Below, piece by piece: positions 1-13,857 of a stretch of DNA of 64,000 nucleotides. The translations under genes were made by a program, and so were the position numbers. This DNA comes from Blasia pusilla (taxonomy: Eukaryota), in assembly GCA_050084515.1 (NCBI GenBank), contig CM114271.1, forward strand, positions 35,340,001 through 35,404,000. Direction: 5' to 3'. Below the pieces are notes generated by a model, which did not search any database, was not told the origin of the DNA, and worked only from the letters and a program-made list of their open reading frames with translations. Numbering within the stretch: position 1 is the stretch's first letter; the number at the start of each line of letters is the position of its first letter.

Positions 1-357
1 GCGTGGATTCGTGGAACGGTTCTTGGCTCTCTCTCCCTTCTTGCTTTCTTGGTTTTATGTTAATAGATAGAACATTTATCCTTTCATGAGAGGACATATT
101 TCAAATTTTCAAGGCCTTGTATAAAATGTTAAAATATATGTCCAAGCCGAAAGACCCGCATTAAAAATAAATTACTAATATGATTGTAGTGCCACATCTT
201 ACAAATAAGAGAAAATCGGTCGAAACCAGTACTATTTTTGTTGGTATGCCAATAGTGCCATCTCCTCATGAAGTCAATAAGCCCCGCAATTAGGACCAAA
301 TCAATTTTCCAAATATAGAAATTTTGCATTAAAATATAGCAGTAGGGCTTGCACTGC

Positions 358-493
358 ATATAACACCAGGAGAAAACTAATTAAACCTTCTATACAAAAC
401 AAAATTAATTCATTCATATGTTACACTGCTCATAACACCGGGAGAAAACTAAGTAAACCTTCTGTACAAGATTAATTCATTCATATGTTACAC
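358..493. repeat. Two-copy direct repeat (~65-70 bp)
   Basis: ATAACACC(A/G)GGAGAAAACTAA..AAACCTTCT..ACAA..ATTAATTCATTCATATGTTACACT occurs at ~358-427 and ~431-493. Confidence 0.85.
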
Positions 494-1213
494 TTCTCGA
501 GACACGTGTCGGAAGGGTAGGTTTGGCACCGCGTGTCAAATATAAAAATACGATTTTAAGTTCCTCACGCTAATTGTTTTTCCCGTCCGTAAAGAGAGCT
601 TTGACCCGCCCTCGTGTCATCATGTCATGTGAGGGCCGTGCTTTCAAACAAATATAATGATATAGGCAGGCTCAGAGAGGGCACTCGTGCACTTCTCACT
701 TTCGCGCAGTCTCCTCCTCTTTCTCATGAACTTTTTTGGAGTGCGGGCGGAAGATGTACGAGAGAGGTGCAGAGTTCGCTTCTCGAAGGTGGTGGATGCA
801 AAGATATCTCGTGCTCCGCGGTGTGTTTGATGTCTTGGCGTCCCGGTAATCGTACCCGCCGAGTGCCGCGATGAGATCTTGAGTTCTTGAAAGCGCAATC
901 CTCTCGAACTTGCACGGCACCTGGGACACGAGGGTGGTGGCAGAGTACACGGAACCGGCGAGTGTGGTCGCGGAGCGGAGGGCGTTGTTGGAGAATGAAT
1001 GACGGGTCAGCTGGAGAGGCCCGTCCGAAGGAAGCGTCGGACAGAACAGGAGGTGGAAGGCGGATGCAGATTTGTGGCGAGAGTTCTTGGGAATGGTTTG
1101 ACGTTGCGAGAGAGGGGATTTCTGGATCGAGCTCGGCCGTTTACGTTAATTCCATCCGCCCGTGAGAGATCGTGGAGGAAGGATTGGTCTCGATTCCATT
1201 TCATCCGCTGAAA

Positions 1214-1711
1214 ATGGCGGGATTGGCGATTTTCGAGGTGATATTAATGCATGTAGTTGTGATGTCGATGGCGCGGCTGGTGGTCAGCAGTCCGATGACA
1301 AGTTTCTCGAACGGAACTTATTACGTGAAGGTCTGGAATTTCTGTGATAGCGATGTCAGTTTGCAATGCTACAAGGGCTCGGATCACAGCCATCCTTTGG
1401 TGCAGGTTCTAATTACAAGCCACAACTCGTACGGGTTGGACATCGAATCGAACGATGCGAACCTCAAGGGAGACGCAACCTGTTTCCCGCCCCTTTACTG
1501 GTGCAGCGCAACATGGAACATTGTTCACCACCAGAGGCTGGCAATTCTTGGAGGTCCACACTTAAAAAAATGTGCGAAATTCGTCAATTGGAAGATCTTT
1601 GGCGATGGTCTTCACGTCAATCAATTCGATTCAGTGGTTGGCTCTTGGTCGGGTACTAAACTTTTCAGAAAGTGGGAGACTGTCTATATGGAATTGGATC
1701 CGGATAGCTGA
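1214..1711 (+). CDS. Small secreted Cys-containing protein, plant S-protein homologue (SPH / Self-incomp_S1)-like
   Basis: Single ORF from ATG 1214 with a hydrophobic N-terminal signal-like segment. It is followed by the SPH-like pattern VKVWN...V.LQC.K.SD, LYWCSATW, C...VNWKIFGDGL and a C-terminal W. Confidence 0.65.
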   Translation: MAGLAIFEVILMHVVVMSMARLVVSSPMTSFSNGTYYVKVWNFCDSDVSLQCYKGSDHSHPLVQVLITSHNSYGLDIESNDANLKGDATCFPPLYWCSATWNIVHHQRLAILGGPHLKKCAKFVNWKIFGDGLHVNQFDSVVGSWSGTKLFRKWETVYMELDPDS

Positions 1712-4700
1712 AGAGTCACGAGAACATGTTTATGCATTTGTCCATGAGGAAAGAATGGACGAATTCTTCCAGATTCGATTACTTCCTCTGAACTGTCGAT
1801 CTGATGTTCACCATGCCATCAGAACCGGACACGAAAGTCCACGACCCGCTCAGCTATCCGAGTGAAAAAAAGAGTTGCAGAAGCGCTCCACGAATACTTT
1901 TTAATCGATTGCAAATCTCTTCATGATCAGAGCGGGAATATATTAGGACGTCCGGTGAAGAACTTGCTCAACAGCCTGCGGTTACTTCCGGTTCTGAGAC
2001 AAGTCTGCACGCCACAGACTAACTTGCACACGTGAGATGGCGCACATTGGACTCGATTTCGGAAGAGTCGTAGATTTTGAAGGAACTTTGCAATCAATTG
2101 CACTCTTCTGATGTTGTACGTATGCCTGTCAAATATTCACACTAATGTGCAGCATAAATTTTACCTTGTAGATTAGGATCATTACTCCAAGGTTGAATCT
2201 CTCGACCTTGTACATACATACATATAAAAAAGATTTATGCCTACTTCACTGTCAAATCGACGTAACCTTGGAGATTCCACAATGTCTAAAAGCTTGGCTA
2301 CGATTTTGAAGCGATGGACTAATCTTTCTACTGTGAAGGTGGTATGTTTGGCAGTAATTTGTACGTATATCTTCGCTTGCACAGAGATCATTGAGAGGTT
2401 TCCTCAAATATTCTTTTTTATCTTATCATGTTTCTCTTCTAAGCCTTTTTTTTTCCCTGAGAACCTCACCGTGCACGAAAATGAAGGTACGTAACGCACT
2501 ACTTGAATCGTCTTCAATCATTCATTGGACTAGCTCCCTGATGCGCAAACGAACTGAACATTCAACCGCAAGGAGCTATGTCTTGCGATCTGGACACCGC
2601 TTCATGTTACAGGGGGGTGAAGCTACACATGCGCTAATATTTTTTGCACGTTTGATTGACTATGCACGTCAGATCCACCCACAAAGACCTCGAAGATCGT
2701 CAAATTTGTACGCAATCGAAACTGACAGAGACAAAAGCTTGTCGGCCGTCAGAAGCAGTTTGGTGTGTAAATCTTGTGAATCCTTACGACTGACTTAAGG
2801 TCGTCCAGGAGCCCTGCGGTGACTGACAAATTACAGCTCACAAGTCATCCTTCTGTGCCCACTAGTCACTTGCATACTCAATAGTGACACCGATAAGTGC
2901 AACTTCCCACTTATAGCCTTCCCACGAATTCCTCCCACTTTGTCTATCGTCTTCATAGCCTTCGGAGATAGAGAAATGAAATCGCAGGGAGAACAGGGGA
3001 TGGAAGGATTCGTGGATAAGGGGGATTCAAAGAGCAAATTATAACCATGATTCGTCTCAACTAAAGGGCGAGAAACGAGTCAATCGTAGCCAAGAAGACT
3101 ACTTGCCCGATCGAAACGAAACGAGAATCGGGCAATCAGATGCAGCAATTCTTTTCGTAGATCGAGTATCTCCACTGGTTGTAGAATTTCCGAGTCAATG
3201 AGTCTCTCCTGATGGTGACTACGCCCTCTTTCTTATGTTTTGTTTCTGTTCTTTGGTTTATACTAATTTTCTTCCTTGGGACTTGGTTCACAGTGGAGTT
3301 TCAGCGCCTGGAGGTCAACTGGAAGTTAGCATCTAACTCCAAACTGCTCCTCCCTGCAGACACCAAGAATCGACGTTCGTTGTGAAATCAGTTTGTCGAA
3401 ATTTGGAATTTCATCATGCGGAAATCCTTGCGGAAATTTGGTCAATGCTGAGGAAAATTCTCCGCACGGTTTTCTGAACAAGCGGAAGGTTTACAAGAAA
3501 AAGTTGTATCACATTTACTGGGCCTTCACCTGTCTTAGGCATATGTTTCCCAAGCAACCATTTTTCTACCCTTTCATGCCACAAATTCGGTGCATACCCT
3601 CCAACCCTAAAACCGTATTCCATGAAGATATCTTGTAACATCGCATAAAGAAGAAACCATATAGAGATGTACTTTTACGAACACGGACCAACTTTGGAAC
3701 ATGTGATTGGGAAGGACTCCATGGTCTAATGAAAACATATTGCAAACTGAAGATATGGAGCCCATAAAATCATATTACTGAACGGGATCCATTAAAAGAA
3801 CCATAACGTGAAAAATATTTTCTTGTTGCCTCGTGTTGCATAAAAGTGTTTGAAAAAGAAAACTCTCCGATAATAATAATATATAGATTCTCTCAAAACC
3901 AACTCCTCAAAAACATAAATCTCATAAAACCCTCTTACTAACAAATTTCTTGATATGCATTACTACATCTGATTTTAAGAGATGGAAGACTCGAAAGAAA
4001 ATGCTCTAAAGAGGAAAGGTGGGACGGATTTGTTGTAAATAAAACGTTCCAGGCCAACGAATTAATTTTTAACTCCAAATCAAAGCGTCGGAACCAGAAC
4101 TACAAAGTTTCCTTTCCCGGGGAGAAAGAATAAAAACTGTTCTTTTATTTTATCCAAAATCTCATGAAAATTGCAGGGCCGTTGTGACTCCGCCGGGAAA
4201 GTACTCATTTCACCAGGAATCACTATCCAGACTCCACTAGCGACACATCCGGATACTAAACTATACCTCAGAGCGTTTCCCTATATCCGGACCATATATC
4301 CCAACTTCGTATCTGTTCGGATAAGACACAGTATCCAACGGAGCAGCGATTTTGGGCGGGGATGGCGAGAGGCATGGACGGGGACGGCGGGAGGAAGGAC
4401 GGAGGGCGTAGGGGACGAAAAAAGACGTGCTACATGTCGAAATGGAGAGCGTGACGAGAGCTTCGTTTTGATCCAGACCTTGCTGCATGGCGTGAAGTAT
4501 TTTTATTTTTATTCATCTTTTTAGAATTCGGTTCATATTAGGGTTCCAAATGTGAATATTAGGGCTTAGCTTATTGTCATTTGGAGAAATTTCCCAAGGT
4601 AACGTCCTCTATTCACCCACCCTTCCCCTCCTTTCCCAAGTCCTTTCTTGTTTGTCGTATTTGTCGTATGTGCTTCTCATTTTGGTTCAATTCTCGTTTG

Positions 4701-4859
4701 TATTTGTTACCCTTCCCGTACATACACTTTTCTTCTCATCTATTTTATCTCGAAGGGCCCATGATCTTTTCACACTCTTAGCAACTCTACGTATTCATGA
4801 GTTTATTTTGGGGGGGGTTGGGACTAGAAGTCCTAGGTGATGTCGGTAGGTGAGAGTTT

Positions 4860-7800
4860 ATGTTAGAGGGAGCATTACCGTGGACGGGAAGAGAGTGGTT
4901 TGCGGGACCGCTCGTTCGAATGGGGATGACAGGATGTATTGACGGGGATTGTCGACGATTTTATTGGAGGGGCCATGTCCTCTTCTTGGTGAGTTGCATC
5001 CATGCCTCGACCCATCGGCTCCCCGTGTGGGGACCGTGGGTCGTCTAGTCGGGATACTAAATGCCCATGTTGTCCCGAATTCTTCACTCGTTCAGAATTC
5101 GGAACCACTTAGCGGCTAAACATCCCGACTTTGATAGATTTGGATGGGTGGTCCCTCCTGCCGACCATGGATGCTCTCCGGTGCTTCCCGCATCATCGCC
5201 CCTCTTGAGGCATGGGAGTGGTTGAGGTCCCACCAGGGCAAGCATTATAGGTCTCTTCGAGACCCGTTTCCCCTGCCGAGGTTGTTTTAGGATCCCCATG
5301 CTATTCGGGACGAACTCCGCCACGCATTCCTCCTTCCCCTCGCTAGGATCGCCCTTGATCCTATGGATGAGCTCTCGTGGTACCTACTACTTCTCCTTCC
5401 ACGATGGTGTCTTCTTCGTTACACTCGGGGAGGAAGGCCGATCATAGAGAGGTTATAGCACGTTTGAGACGCTTTCGAGGAGGTGATTGGGAGTCTCTGC
5501 AAAGTGAGTTTGTGGCATTCGCAGAGGTAGTAGTTCACCTGGTTTCCCGGGGGACGATCTGGAGGAGCCAGGTTGCGACGATGTAGGACACAACGGGCGA
5601 GCCTGTGAGTACTCGCGAGCTGCACGTGCTCTTCGCCCGATGGACATGGCTCCTTCTTCAGCTGTTACCATCGATGCCCTCCGGAGGCTACATCCTCGTC
5701 CATCGGTTGACATTCCAGCTTTTGCACGTGACTTCCACCCTGACACGGCTATATGCCTTGACCCGTCCCTCTTTGCACGGGCACGGACGCGTTCTCCGAG
5801 GATTGCGGCGGAGGTTTGTCTGGTATGATGTACGAACACCTTCGTGATTGCTTTCCTTCCGAGGACACCGCTAGCGGCTTCTCCGAGTTGCTTCAGGTTG
5901 CCTCTCACCTAGCTCAGGGGAGAGTGCCAACAGCAGTGGCCCAAGTATTAGGGGCGGGGCGACTTTGGCGTTGTCAAGGGGTGGTGGTATCCGTCCGATT
6001 GCCATAGGTGAGGTGCTCTTGCGGTTGGTGAGTCGTACTCTCGCTTTGCAATTCCGTGAGGCTTTCGGTCACATCCGAGTCCGCATCGTTTGGAGTTGCC
6101 CGCCCCGGATGTGAGACGGTTGCCTTAGGTTTGAGGGCTTGTCTAGATGTACATCCGAGTGGGTGGTTCTCCAAGTGGGCGTGGAGAACGCCTTCAACTC
6201 GATATCTCGGGCTACTATATTCACGAGTTGAGGGACGCTGGTGGCCCCATGGCGAGCCTCATTCCCTTTGTGCAAAGCTTTCTATGGGGCCCCTTCGGCC
6301 CTCTATTTCCACCATGGTCGATTCGAGGAGGAGGTCACGGTCTTGGAGTCCGCTACCGGGACTCGTCGGGGTGACCCCTGGGTGGCGCGTTGTTTCTTTG
6401 TGGCTCATTACCGAGCGGTTCTTTCACGGTGGAGGCTTTCCGGGTTGCATGTTCCCTTCATTTGTGCAGATGATACTCATATTGTTGGTCCTGGAGATCT
6501 GGTTGTCCCCTGCATTCGAGCACTTTTCAAAGACTGTTGGCACGTGTCGCCCTGGCGGTGAAGGTGGGGAAGTGCAAGGCTTGGTCTCCATCAGGCCTAC
6601 GTGATGATCTACATTTACCCGACGGCTTCTTGCGACTGTCGGAGGGCCGAGTCTTGGGAGTACCGCCGGGAGCCAGGACTTTGTATCGACTTTCGTGGCA
6701 GCGGCTCTTACCGAGATCTTCTCCACGTTGATGATCTTCGAGGATTGGTGACCCTCAAGTCGCCTTTGGCATTCTCTCTTCTTGTTTTGCTCGTGAGACC
6801 TGGTTACCTCACTAGAACATCGGACATCTAGTCACCTTTCTTCCCTATATAGATCCTTTGATAGGAAGCTCATGCAGGTGTTTGGGGATCTTCTAGGACC
6901 CGGCTCCTTAGAGTGCCCCATGGGGGAGTTAGCTTGTAGACAGGCCTCTTGGCCGATTTCTTTTGGTGGAGTAGGTCTTCTCTCGACCGAGTTAGTGGCG
7001 CCCTCCGCTTTTTTAGGGAGTTGGGCCATAGTGGCACCCCTCCTTTGCTCCCGATTTTTGGTTAGAGATAGACCGCTCCTTCTACACTATGTCTCCCAGG
7101 TCGAGGATGGCTCTTTCCCACTTCAGTCTTCACTCACGGCTTGTAGAGATTCCTTCTTGAGAGTTGAGGCCGAGCCGTTCTCCCCACTTTCTCCTCCTTA
7201 GTTACCTCCGGTTGTCGGGCTCCAATCTTCCTTGATGGAAGCCCACTTTGAGGCAGTTTTTAGAGGCACTATGTCTGACGGGAATATCCCCATGGAGGTT
7301 AGGGCCCGTATTTGCTCTTGCTCCGGAAAGGGGGCAGGCTCATGGGTAGGGGCGCGCCCCCTTCTCCAGGCTTTCCGTATCGCACCACTTACCTATACCA
7401 CAGCGATGCGGTTCCGCTTGGGCCTCCCCCAACCATCGGTGGTTGGTTCGACACATCTGCGAGTGTCGCCGAGCCTGGATCCACTTGGTGTGCATTTGGC
7501 ACGCTGTCGATTGGGGGTGAGAGGATAGCCACTCACGATGCAAAGTCGCGGGATATCATGTTCAGTATTGCTCGGAGAGTGGCTTCCATGTGCAGAGAGA
7601 GAGGCACTACTCCATGCGGGATTCCCTCATTCGTGCCAATCTCTACATGACACGTGAGGTGAGGTGGTTGTGGCGGACCTGGTAGTCACAGATCCTCACG
7701 CGGGAGGCGTCTGAGCCCAAGTGGTGGCCCAAGGGCGAATGCTACAAGGAGCGGCGGGCGGCGGCGGCGGCGGCGAAGAAGACACATATCTCTGATCGAC

Positions 7801-8100
7801 TACACGAGGGACACATCTTCATCCCCCGGCCATAGAGATGTATGGGGCTATGGGGAGAGGTTCGACTCGTTCTTACGGATGCGCCCATCATCTCCACTCG
7901 AGAAATGGGTTGTCCTTAGCTCTCTGCGATTCTCAGACAGGCGGCGGGTCTCCATAGCGTTGCAGCGTGCCAGGCTAATGGGATTTTTGGCGGCGGGCTC
8001 AGTCATGGGAGACGCCGGCGCTAGAGGCCCACTTAGTAGTAGTCATAGCTCTCTTGTTGTTGCTGATATTGTCTCTGCTGTTGGTGAGTTTCGTCGTTAG
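4860..8100 (+). mobile_element. Decayed non-LTR retrotransposon with RT and C-terminal restriction-like endonuclease (CRE-like)
   Basis: Frameshifted fragments: RLRRFRGGDW, RAARALRPMDMAP..TIDALRRLHP, GGIRPIAIGEVLLRL, FGVARPGCE, ENAFNSISR, GTRRGDP, ADDTHIVG (RT core), GGVGL, MRFRLGLP, GERIATHD, VADLVVTDP, AIEMYGAMG, RRVSIALQR. No LTRs. Ends not defined. Confidence 0.8.
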
Positions 8101-9503
8101 GGGGGGGAATGCCCCCTTCTTCATTTTCTGGTCGTGTTGTGGCCTTCAGGTTTTGACTCTTTGAGTCCCCCTCTTTTGTACTTCTGCGTGCGTCTTCTGT
8201 GGAATTGGAAGGTTCTTTGGGTTCCGCTTTCGCGCTCTTCTACATTGAGGTCCGTCCGAACCCTGATCTGAGCTTCTGCTTCCGGGTGTCCATCCCATCC
8301 CTTTTTATTTGCAAATATTTATTTATTTGACATGTTGTTCCGGGTAATAAAAAAGGTTTTCTATTTTTTTAAGTGCAGCAAGAAAAAAATTTCCCCTCTA
8401 TGGATAGTAAAAAAATCCTGGTTTTGAAAGAGGGTCCTAACACAACAGAAAGAAACGCCGGGAGATTAACATTAGCTGTGGGAAGAGACGAGGCACGAAG
8501 GCAACACGGACTTAAGGCTCCTCAAGTTCCGAGGTGGGATTAATAGGGCACGGCCTGGAGAAGAACGAGGATAGACTAATTAATTAATACTAACACGGGA
8601 GTAATTAGTTATGGGAGGACAAAATTCAATCGGACGACAAAAATTCACATCAAATGTCATCGGAAGGTGCAGAATAACTTGTATTCCGCAGCCTCTGCAC
8701 TCGGGGTTCCACTATTGCAGGGGCCGTACAGATTTGTGTGCAACATGATTAGTCCCTTCATTTTGTGCATGGCACGAGCTGCAGACTAGTATAGATTATT
8801 AGCAACATGGGTCTAAGGAACAAACATCTTTGTACTCGATTCCTCTCTGGTCTTGACATTTGTACCCTCTCATGGTTTAGTTTCATCTAGCTGAACTAGA
8901 TGAGAAAGAAGGCTTCTTTCACTCGTGCGGGGCACATACTCGGGCACCTGCTATTCACTAGTAAGAATCTTAGAATATCCATGCATATTTACAAACTAAA
9001 TTGGAAAATATGGAATTTTTGAGAATTAATTAAATTTTTAAGAGGTTAAGAGAAAATTGTAGGGTGAGTTCATGAGAAAATAAGACAATATGATTATGAA
9101 AATATATATCATTTTGTGCATCTGAGTATTTTTTGATTTCGTAATTTTTATTTTAAAACAAAATTTCCTATGTAATGTTGGTTAAAATTTTCTATTTTCA
9201 AATTTGAAGGGAAAAAATTTTCTAGGAATTAATTGTGATGAATTTTCTTTTCAAGACCCACCTCCTTAATTTTTTCAAGAAATTTCGTTTTTTAAACTAT
9301 TAAAAAATATTAAGATAATTAAATTTAACCTCTACTCCTAAAAGGTTTTAAATTAAAAATCAAAAAACTTTCCCTCCCCTCTTTCCTCTATCCTTAATTT
9401 TTAATCATCCTTCCCCGTCCTTAATTCTTTTTTAAATGATTTAAAATTTTGACACCGGACATAGTTCCGTCCTATGAAAGGACTTGTCCGTATGGGCCCC
9501 ATG

Positions 9504-9565
9504 TGCATGTGAACAAAGTCTGTGTCCATGGACATGTCCACGGACACAGACTTTGTTCACATGCA
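9504..9565. repeat. 62-bp near-perfect palindrome next to a putative DNA-transposon terminus
   Basis: TGCATGTGAACAAAGTCTGTGTCCaTGGACA|TGTCCAcGGACACAGACTTTGTTCACATGCA, with one mismatch. It runs into TGCAACCTTG ending at 9571. Confidence 0.9.
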
Positions 9566-10467
9566 ACCTTGCGCGCGGCCCATACCTCCCCGTAACATAG
9601 ACCCAAGCTCAACCACCCATTCTAGCAACCAATTGTCCGTTCTTACCACTCATTTTGTGGCCCGCATGCACCAAACGAGTTCCTCGCTTGTAGAGGCCCG
9701 CACTAGCCAACATAGGGCCCATAGCCATGCTTACAGGGCGAATACAGGGCATGCCAATGTGGGTCACGCGAGCTAGGTGTAGGCCACGCTAGCTCATGCT
9801 TATAGCCCATACTAGGCCATACATTTGTTCAATCCCTGCCGGCCTCCTTTAATCCGAGCCCGCACATGTTCCCGCATCCCAAGCCTGTGCATGCCACTGG
9901 GATACCGAAAGAACCCATGCAAGGACATGTCTATACCATGGATGGAAAAGTTCGTATCCGTGCAACCATGATTCTATTGTCAAAAAAGGGAAATACTTGA
10001 ATAAAGGAGGAAGATGGAAGGATCCATCATAAGCATGAGGAGGAGGATTGTCATAAAATTTCACCTCTACTTCTCCTCTCTAGACTGTAAAGAGATCTCA
10101 ACCTTCACTTCAACAAGAGGAAGTCTTGGGTTCCATGGGTGAGTTGAAAAAATTACCTAGCACGAATTAGTTCTAAGTCTTCCAAAATGCATATTGGTCT
10201 CCCTAGCAAACCTCTTCCCAAAGCCTCGACCAATCTTCCCCAATTACTCACCCAAACTAGAGTGTGAAGGATTAATTTCCTAGGGTACATCCTGAATGGT
10301 TGCTTAGCTCAAACTTGAACTATGGTTTAATAATCCTTGTTCAAGACTCGAGCAGGTAGGGAGAGAGAAGGTCCCTCCCAAGTCGTCTTGTAGGGTTTTT
10401 GGGGGAACTCCTTTTTTCCCAACCTCCATATCGAGCCCAAACGTAGTTCACATCTCATGAACCCGCA

Positions 10468-10900
10468 TCTCACATCTTAGTTAGCCGACACGTGGAGTTC
10501 TATCATGTTGTCAGTGTAGAGGATTGGTATGTTGTTTGGAGATAATTCCATCCCAAGATGTCAGATGACATTTGAGACTGCTCTGTTGCGTCATGATTTT
10601 TCATTTAGAACTATTTCCTTTTTTTTCTTTTATGGGTCAGATGACCCATTAATCAAGTCAACACTCATCCAATAACTTGTGTGCATAGGTTATCATTGAG
10701 AGGGCTATTTTTGGGGGGAAGGGCTTTTTAAAAGCCTTTTTTCCTCTTTGTAAGGGTATGAAAGAGAAAGAAATGGATTTCTCAAATTATCTTTCTCATA
10801 TTGAGCCTTTGGAGCATCTCTCTTGCTTGAGTATCGTAGGATCTTGTGAACTAGTGTTGTACGTCTACTCCCTTGAACATCTGTCTAATGAAACTCAGAA
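10468..10900 (+). repeat. Old, degenerate copy of the E2 'A' terminal repeat
   Basis: Collinear similarity to 26468-26947: TCTCACATCTTAGTTAGCCGA, ..GTGCATAGGTTATCA..GGGCTATTTTTGGGGGGAAGGGC.., TATCTTTCTCATATTGAGCC.TTGGAGCATCTCTCTTG. Confidence 0.6.
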
Positions 10901-12585
10901 CTTTGCATTGAGCAGGTCACGCACTCCTTATTGATCTACACCCAAACACACTCACATTACCCGTAGTTTGGACTCACAAGCCTTGTGTCTTCCGAGTCTT
11001 GGTCTTGAGCCATCCTACAAGCTCAAGTGATCTAGACACATATAGATACCAGCCTAACCCCTCACTCCCCAATACAAGCCGAGATACATGCAAGTCCTTC
11101 AAGACTTGGGACATATTTCCTTGATAGTCTAGGAACCTAATACAGCGCTGGTGCACCTAGCGGTCCCAACTACTCAATGGACTTTGGTCGAGTCTCTAAT
11201 CGAGACTCAATAATTAAGTCACAATTCAAGGTCCAAAGTTGATATACATAGTTGGCCCACGTAGACTTGGCTTGGTGGCAAAACCCCAAAGTCAATCTCT
11301 CAATCCATCCCATGCCCTTGGTTCATCCCAATGGTTCCCAAGATGGATTTGAGGTTCCAAAAACCCTAGGAGATCCTTTCTCTTATATATAGTTCTAGAG
11401 ATCGCCACCCCCTCCCTACCTTTAGGAAAGTCTTCTTAGGCCGCTTCTTGTGGCCCTAAACTCAATCATCCCAATGAATTGCAGATGGTTTCTACATCTT
11501 TGCTCATGCGTTTGTCTAGATATTTAATGCATTGGAATTTTCTTCCCACAAGCTTTTCAACACCACCTTATTCATCCCACATGACCCAAGATACATGTGG
11601 GATGTATCTAGTTCTCCATGCTAGTTGTTATAACCTCAAGCATGGAGAACCCCCAAACACTTAGTCAAGTTGCAAGTCATGTTACAATCCCCTTACACCC
11701 AAGATTGAACGGAAATTGTTGCGACCCTCATGACCAAACAATTGCCAAGCGGAACATCGGAACATTAGCGGGCTCACGCTAAGATGGTTTGCGCGTTGGA
11801 GTTGTCTCAAAAGAGGAGACAAGAGACGAGACGCAAGCGAGAAGTCGCGACTCAGAAACCTGGACCAAACGCGGAATGAGACTTGAAAGAAGTCGAGTCT
11901 AGGAAGTGGGTTGCCAAAGGAAAGATCCGGATTTGGAACGCCACTTGCGTTTGAGAGTTTCCGACTGTATTTATGGCCATAACTTTTAGCGCCAAGATGC
12001 GTTTGGAGCAAATAAGGATGCGTTGGAAAGCTTATGGAGAGCCGGTCTAAACGCACTAAAGATCGCTGCAAACGCATAAGCAGCAGCCGAGATACGACCC
12101 GAAAACGATTGTAAGTGGAGTCGGGTTGAGGGCCACAATGAAGGGCCCGAACCTCTTTTCCCAAAGGGGAGGGGTTATTGGAGAACCCCAGAAGTACTAG
12201 TAAGGGGGAAGGTCTTCGAGAGTGCTTGGAACCCAAACCCCACTTTGGGCGCCGCGGGGCGGCTCAAGGGCATGGAACGGAATGCGAGTTTGGGCGTTGG
12301 GTTGAAAAACCTGCGAGACGCCGAGTTGAGGACTCGGTGGGTTGGAACGCCGGTTGGCCAAACTTGGGTCTCGGTTCGGAACTCACACGAGGACCGTTGA
12401 ACAATTGGGATCGCTAGGCGTACAAGTGCCGTTTCAGATCCCTGGACTAACCAGGAAGTCTGTTCCAAGTCTTGAAGGACTTGCCATGTGTTTGGGTGCA
12501 GATCGGCGATGAGTTCGTGACCTACTGAACGCACGCTTCCGCAACACTAAAGATTGACGTTCAAGGAGAGTAGGGGCGCGACAAG

Positions 12586-12597
12586 TGGTATCAGAGC
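12586..12597 (+). promoter_or_regulatory. Primer-binding site complementary to initiator tRNA-Met
   Basis: TGGTATCAGAGC lies 2 nt after the LTR's terminal CA. Confidence 0.95.
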
Positions 12598-12731
12598 TTA
12601 TCCTTGGTGAGCGAGAACTTGGGGTCGTGGGATCAGCCGGACGCTTGGGAAATTTCAAGGTAGCGGCTGACTCGGGCTTTCGAGGAGGGACGCAAGAAAC
12701 GAGGAGGAGATCTGAGTGAGTTGGCTTGGAG

Positions 12732-13800
12732 ATGGCGATCGAGGGAGAACAACCCAAGAAGCGCCGAATCAAGCGACGTGAACCGAGAGAGGAACCAATG
12801 CCGGATCGTGAAGCTATAGAGAGACGGAGACTCGAAGAGCCTGAACGCCGATCGTGAGGGCGCCCCAGTGGCGACTCCTTCGCGGGGCGATGGGCTCAAA
12901 CTCGGGGAAAAGACGAGTCGAGCCAGACGTTGGACTTGTTGAAGGTGTTGGTGGAGCAGATGTCCCAAAGAAAGAAAGCGGATTGCAGAGTTAGAGGCCA
13001 CTCGAAATCCAGTGCGGGCAAAAGCTCTGCAAAGACAGAACCGCCACGCCATTTCTTCGGAGTGGGGCGCTCGCATGAAAGTGAAGGATTTTTATGAAAC
13101 TAGAAGCGTACTTCGAGGCGCAAAGGCTGCTGAAAGCGGGGACAAGGTGACGGTAGCCGTTACTTTCCTGAAGGATCATGCTCTACAATGGTGGAGTGCT
13201 CAACGAGAGGAATATCTGGGCGGCGAGTCACCTCTGAGTTGGGAGGAGTTCAAGGAGTTGATTGGGGATCGATTCACTCCGGAGTACCAAGGGTTGCGTG
13301 ACACGGTGGAATGCGTGCGGATGTGGCAGAGTGGTTCCTTAAGCACGTATGTGAGGGAGTTTAGTCGGCCGACTTCTAGTCCAAAGATGGATGAGCACGC
13401 GAAGAAGGCTATCTTCATTAGTGGACTCAAGCCGAGCGCTGAGAAGGCCCTTTACCGAATGCCGACGTTGGAGGAGACCTGCGCGGACCTTCTGACGCTA
13501 GCGGAGCGGATTGGGGACGATGAGGTCCAAACCCAGAAACCCTTCGAGTCAAAGGTTTTTCGAAGAAGTCGAAAAATAAGGAGGCGTTCAAAAGAGGCTG
13601 GAGTGGGGCCGGACGAACCAGAGAGTAAATGCGCGGCAGCAAAATGAGTGGAACTTCATGCGAAGACGAAAGGAGGACAACACTCAAAGACAGGAAACGG
13701 CAAGGTCGTATGCTACAACTGTGGCGAACCGGGGCACCTGTCGAAAGGGTGTTCGAAACCGAAGGTTAGTAACGGGAGTATGATTGCGTTTCTTTGCTAA
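12732..13800 (+). pseudogene. Gypsy gag, frameshifted
   Basis: FLKDHALQWW...LSWEEFKELI.DRF..E capsid-like motif, and zinc knuckle CYNCGEPGHLSKGC at ~13711-13752. Confidence 0.8.
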
Positions 13801-13857
13801 GCATCATCTGTCGGCGATCTTGAGACGTCCCTTCAAGTCACCAAGAGGACGCACAAT

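Noticed and set aside
2182-4524. Possible gene fragments upstream of the non-LTR element
   Set aside because: I could not assign homology or splice structure by eye.
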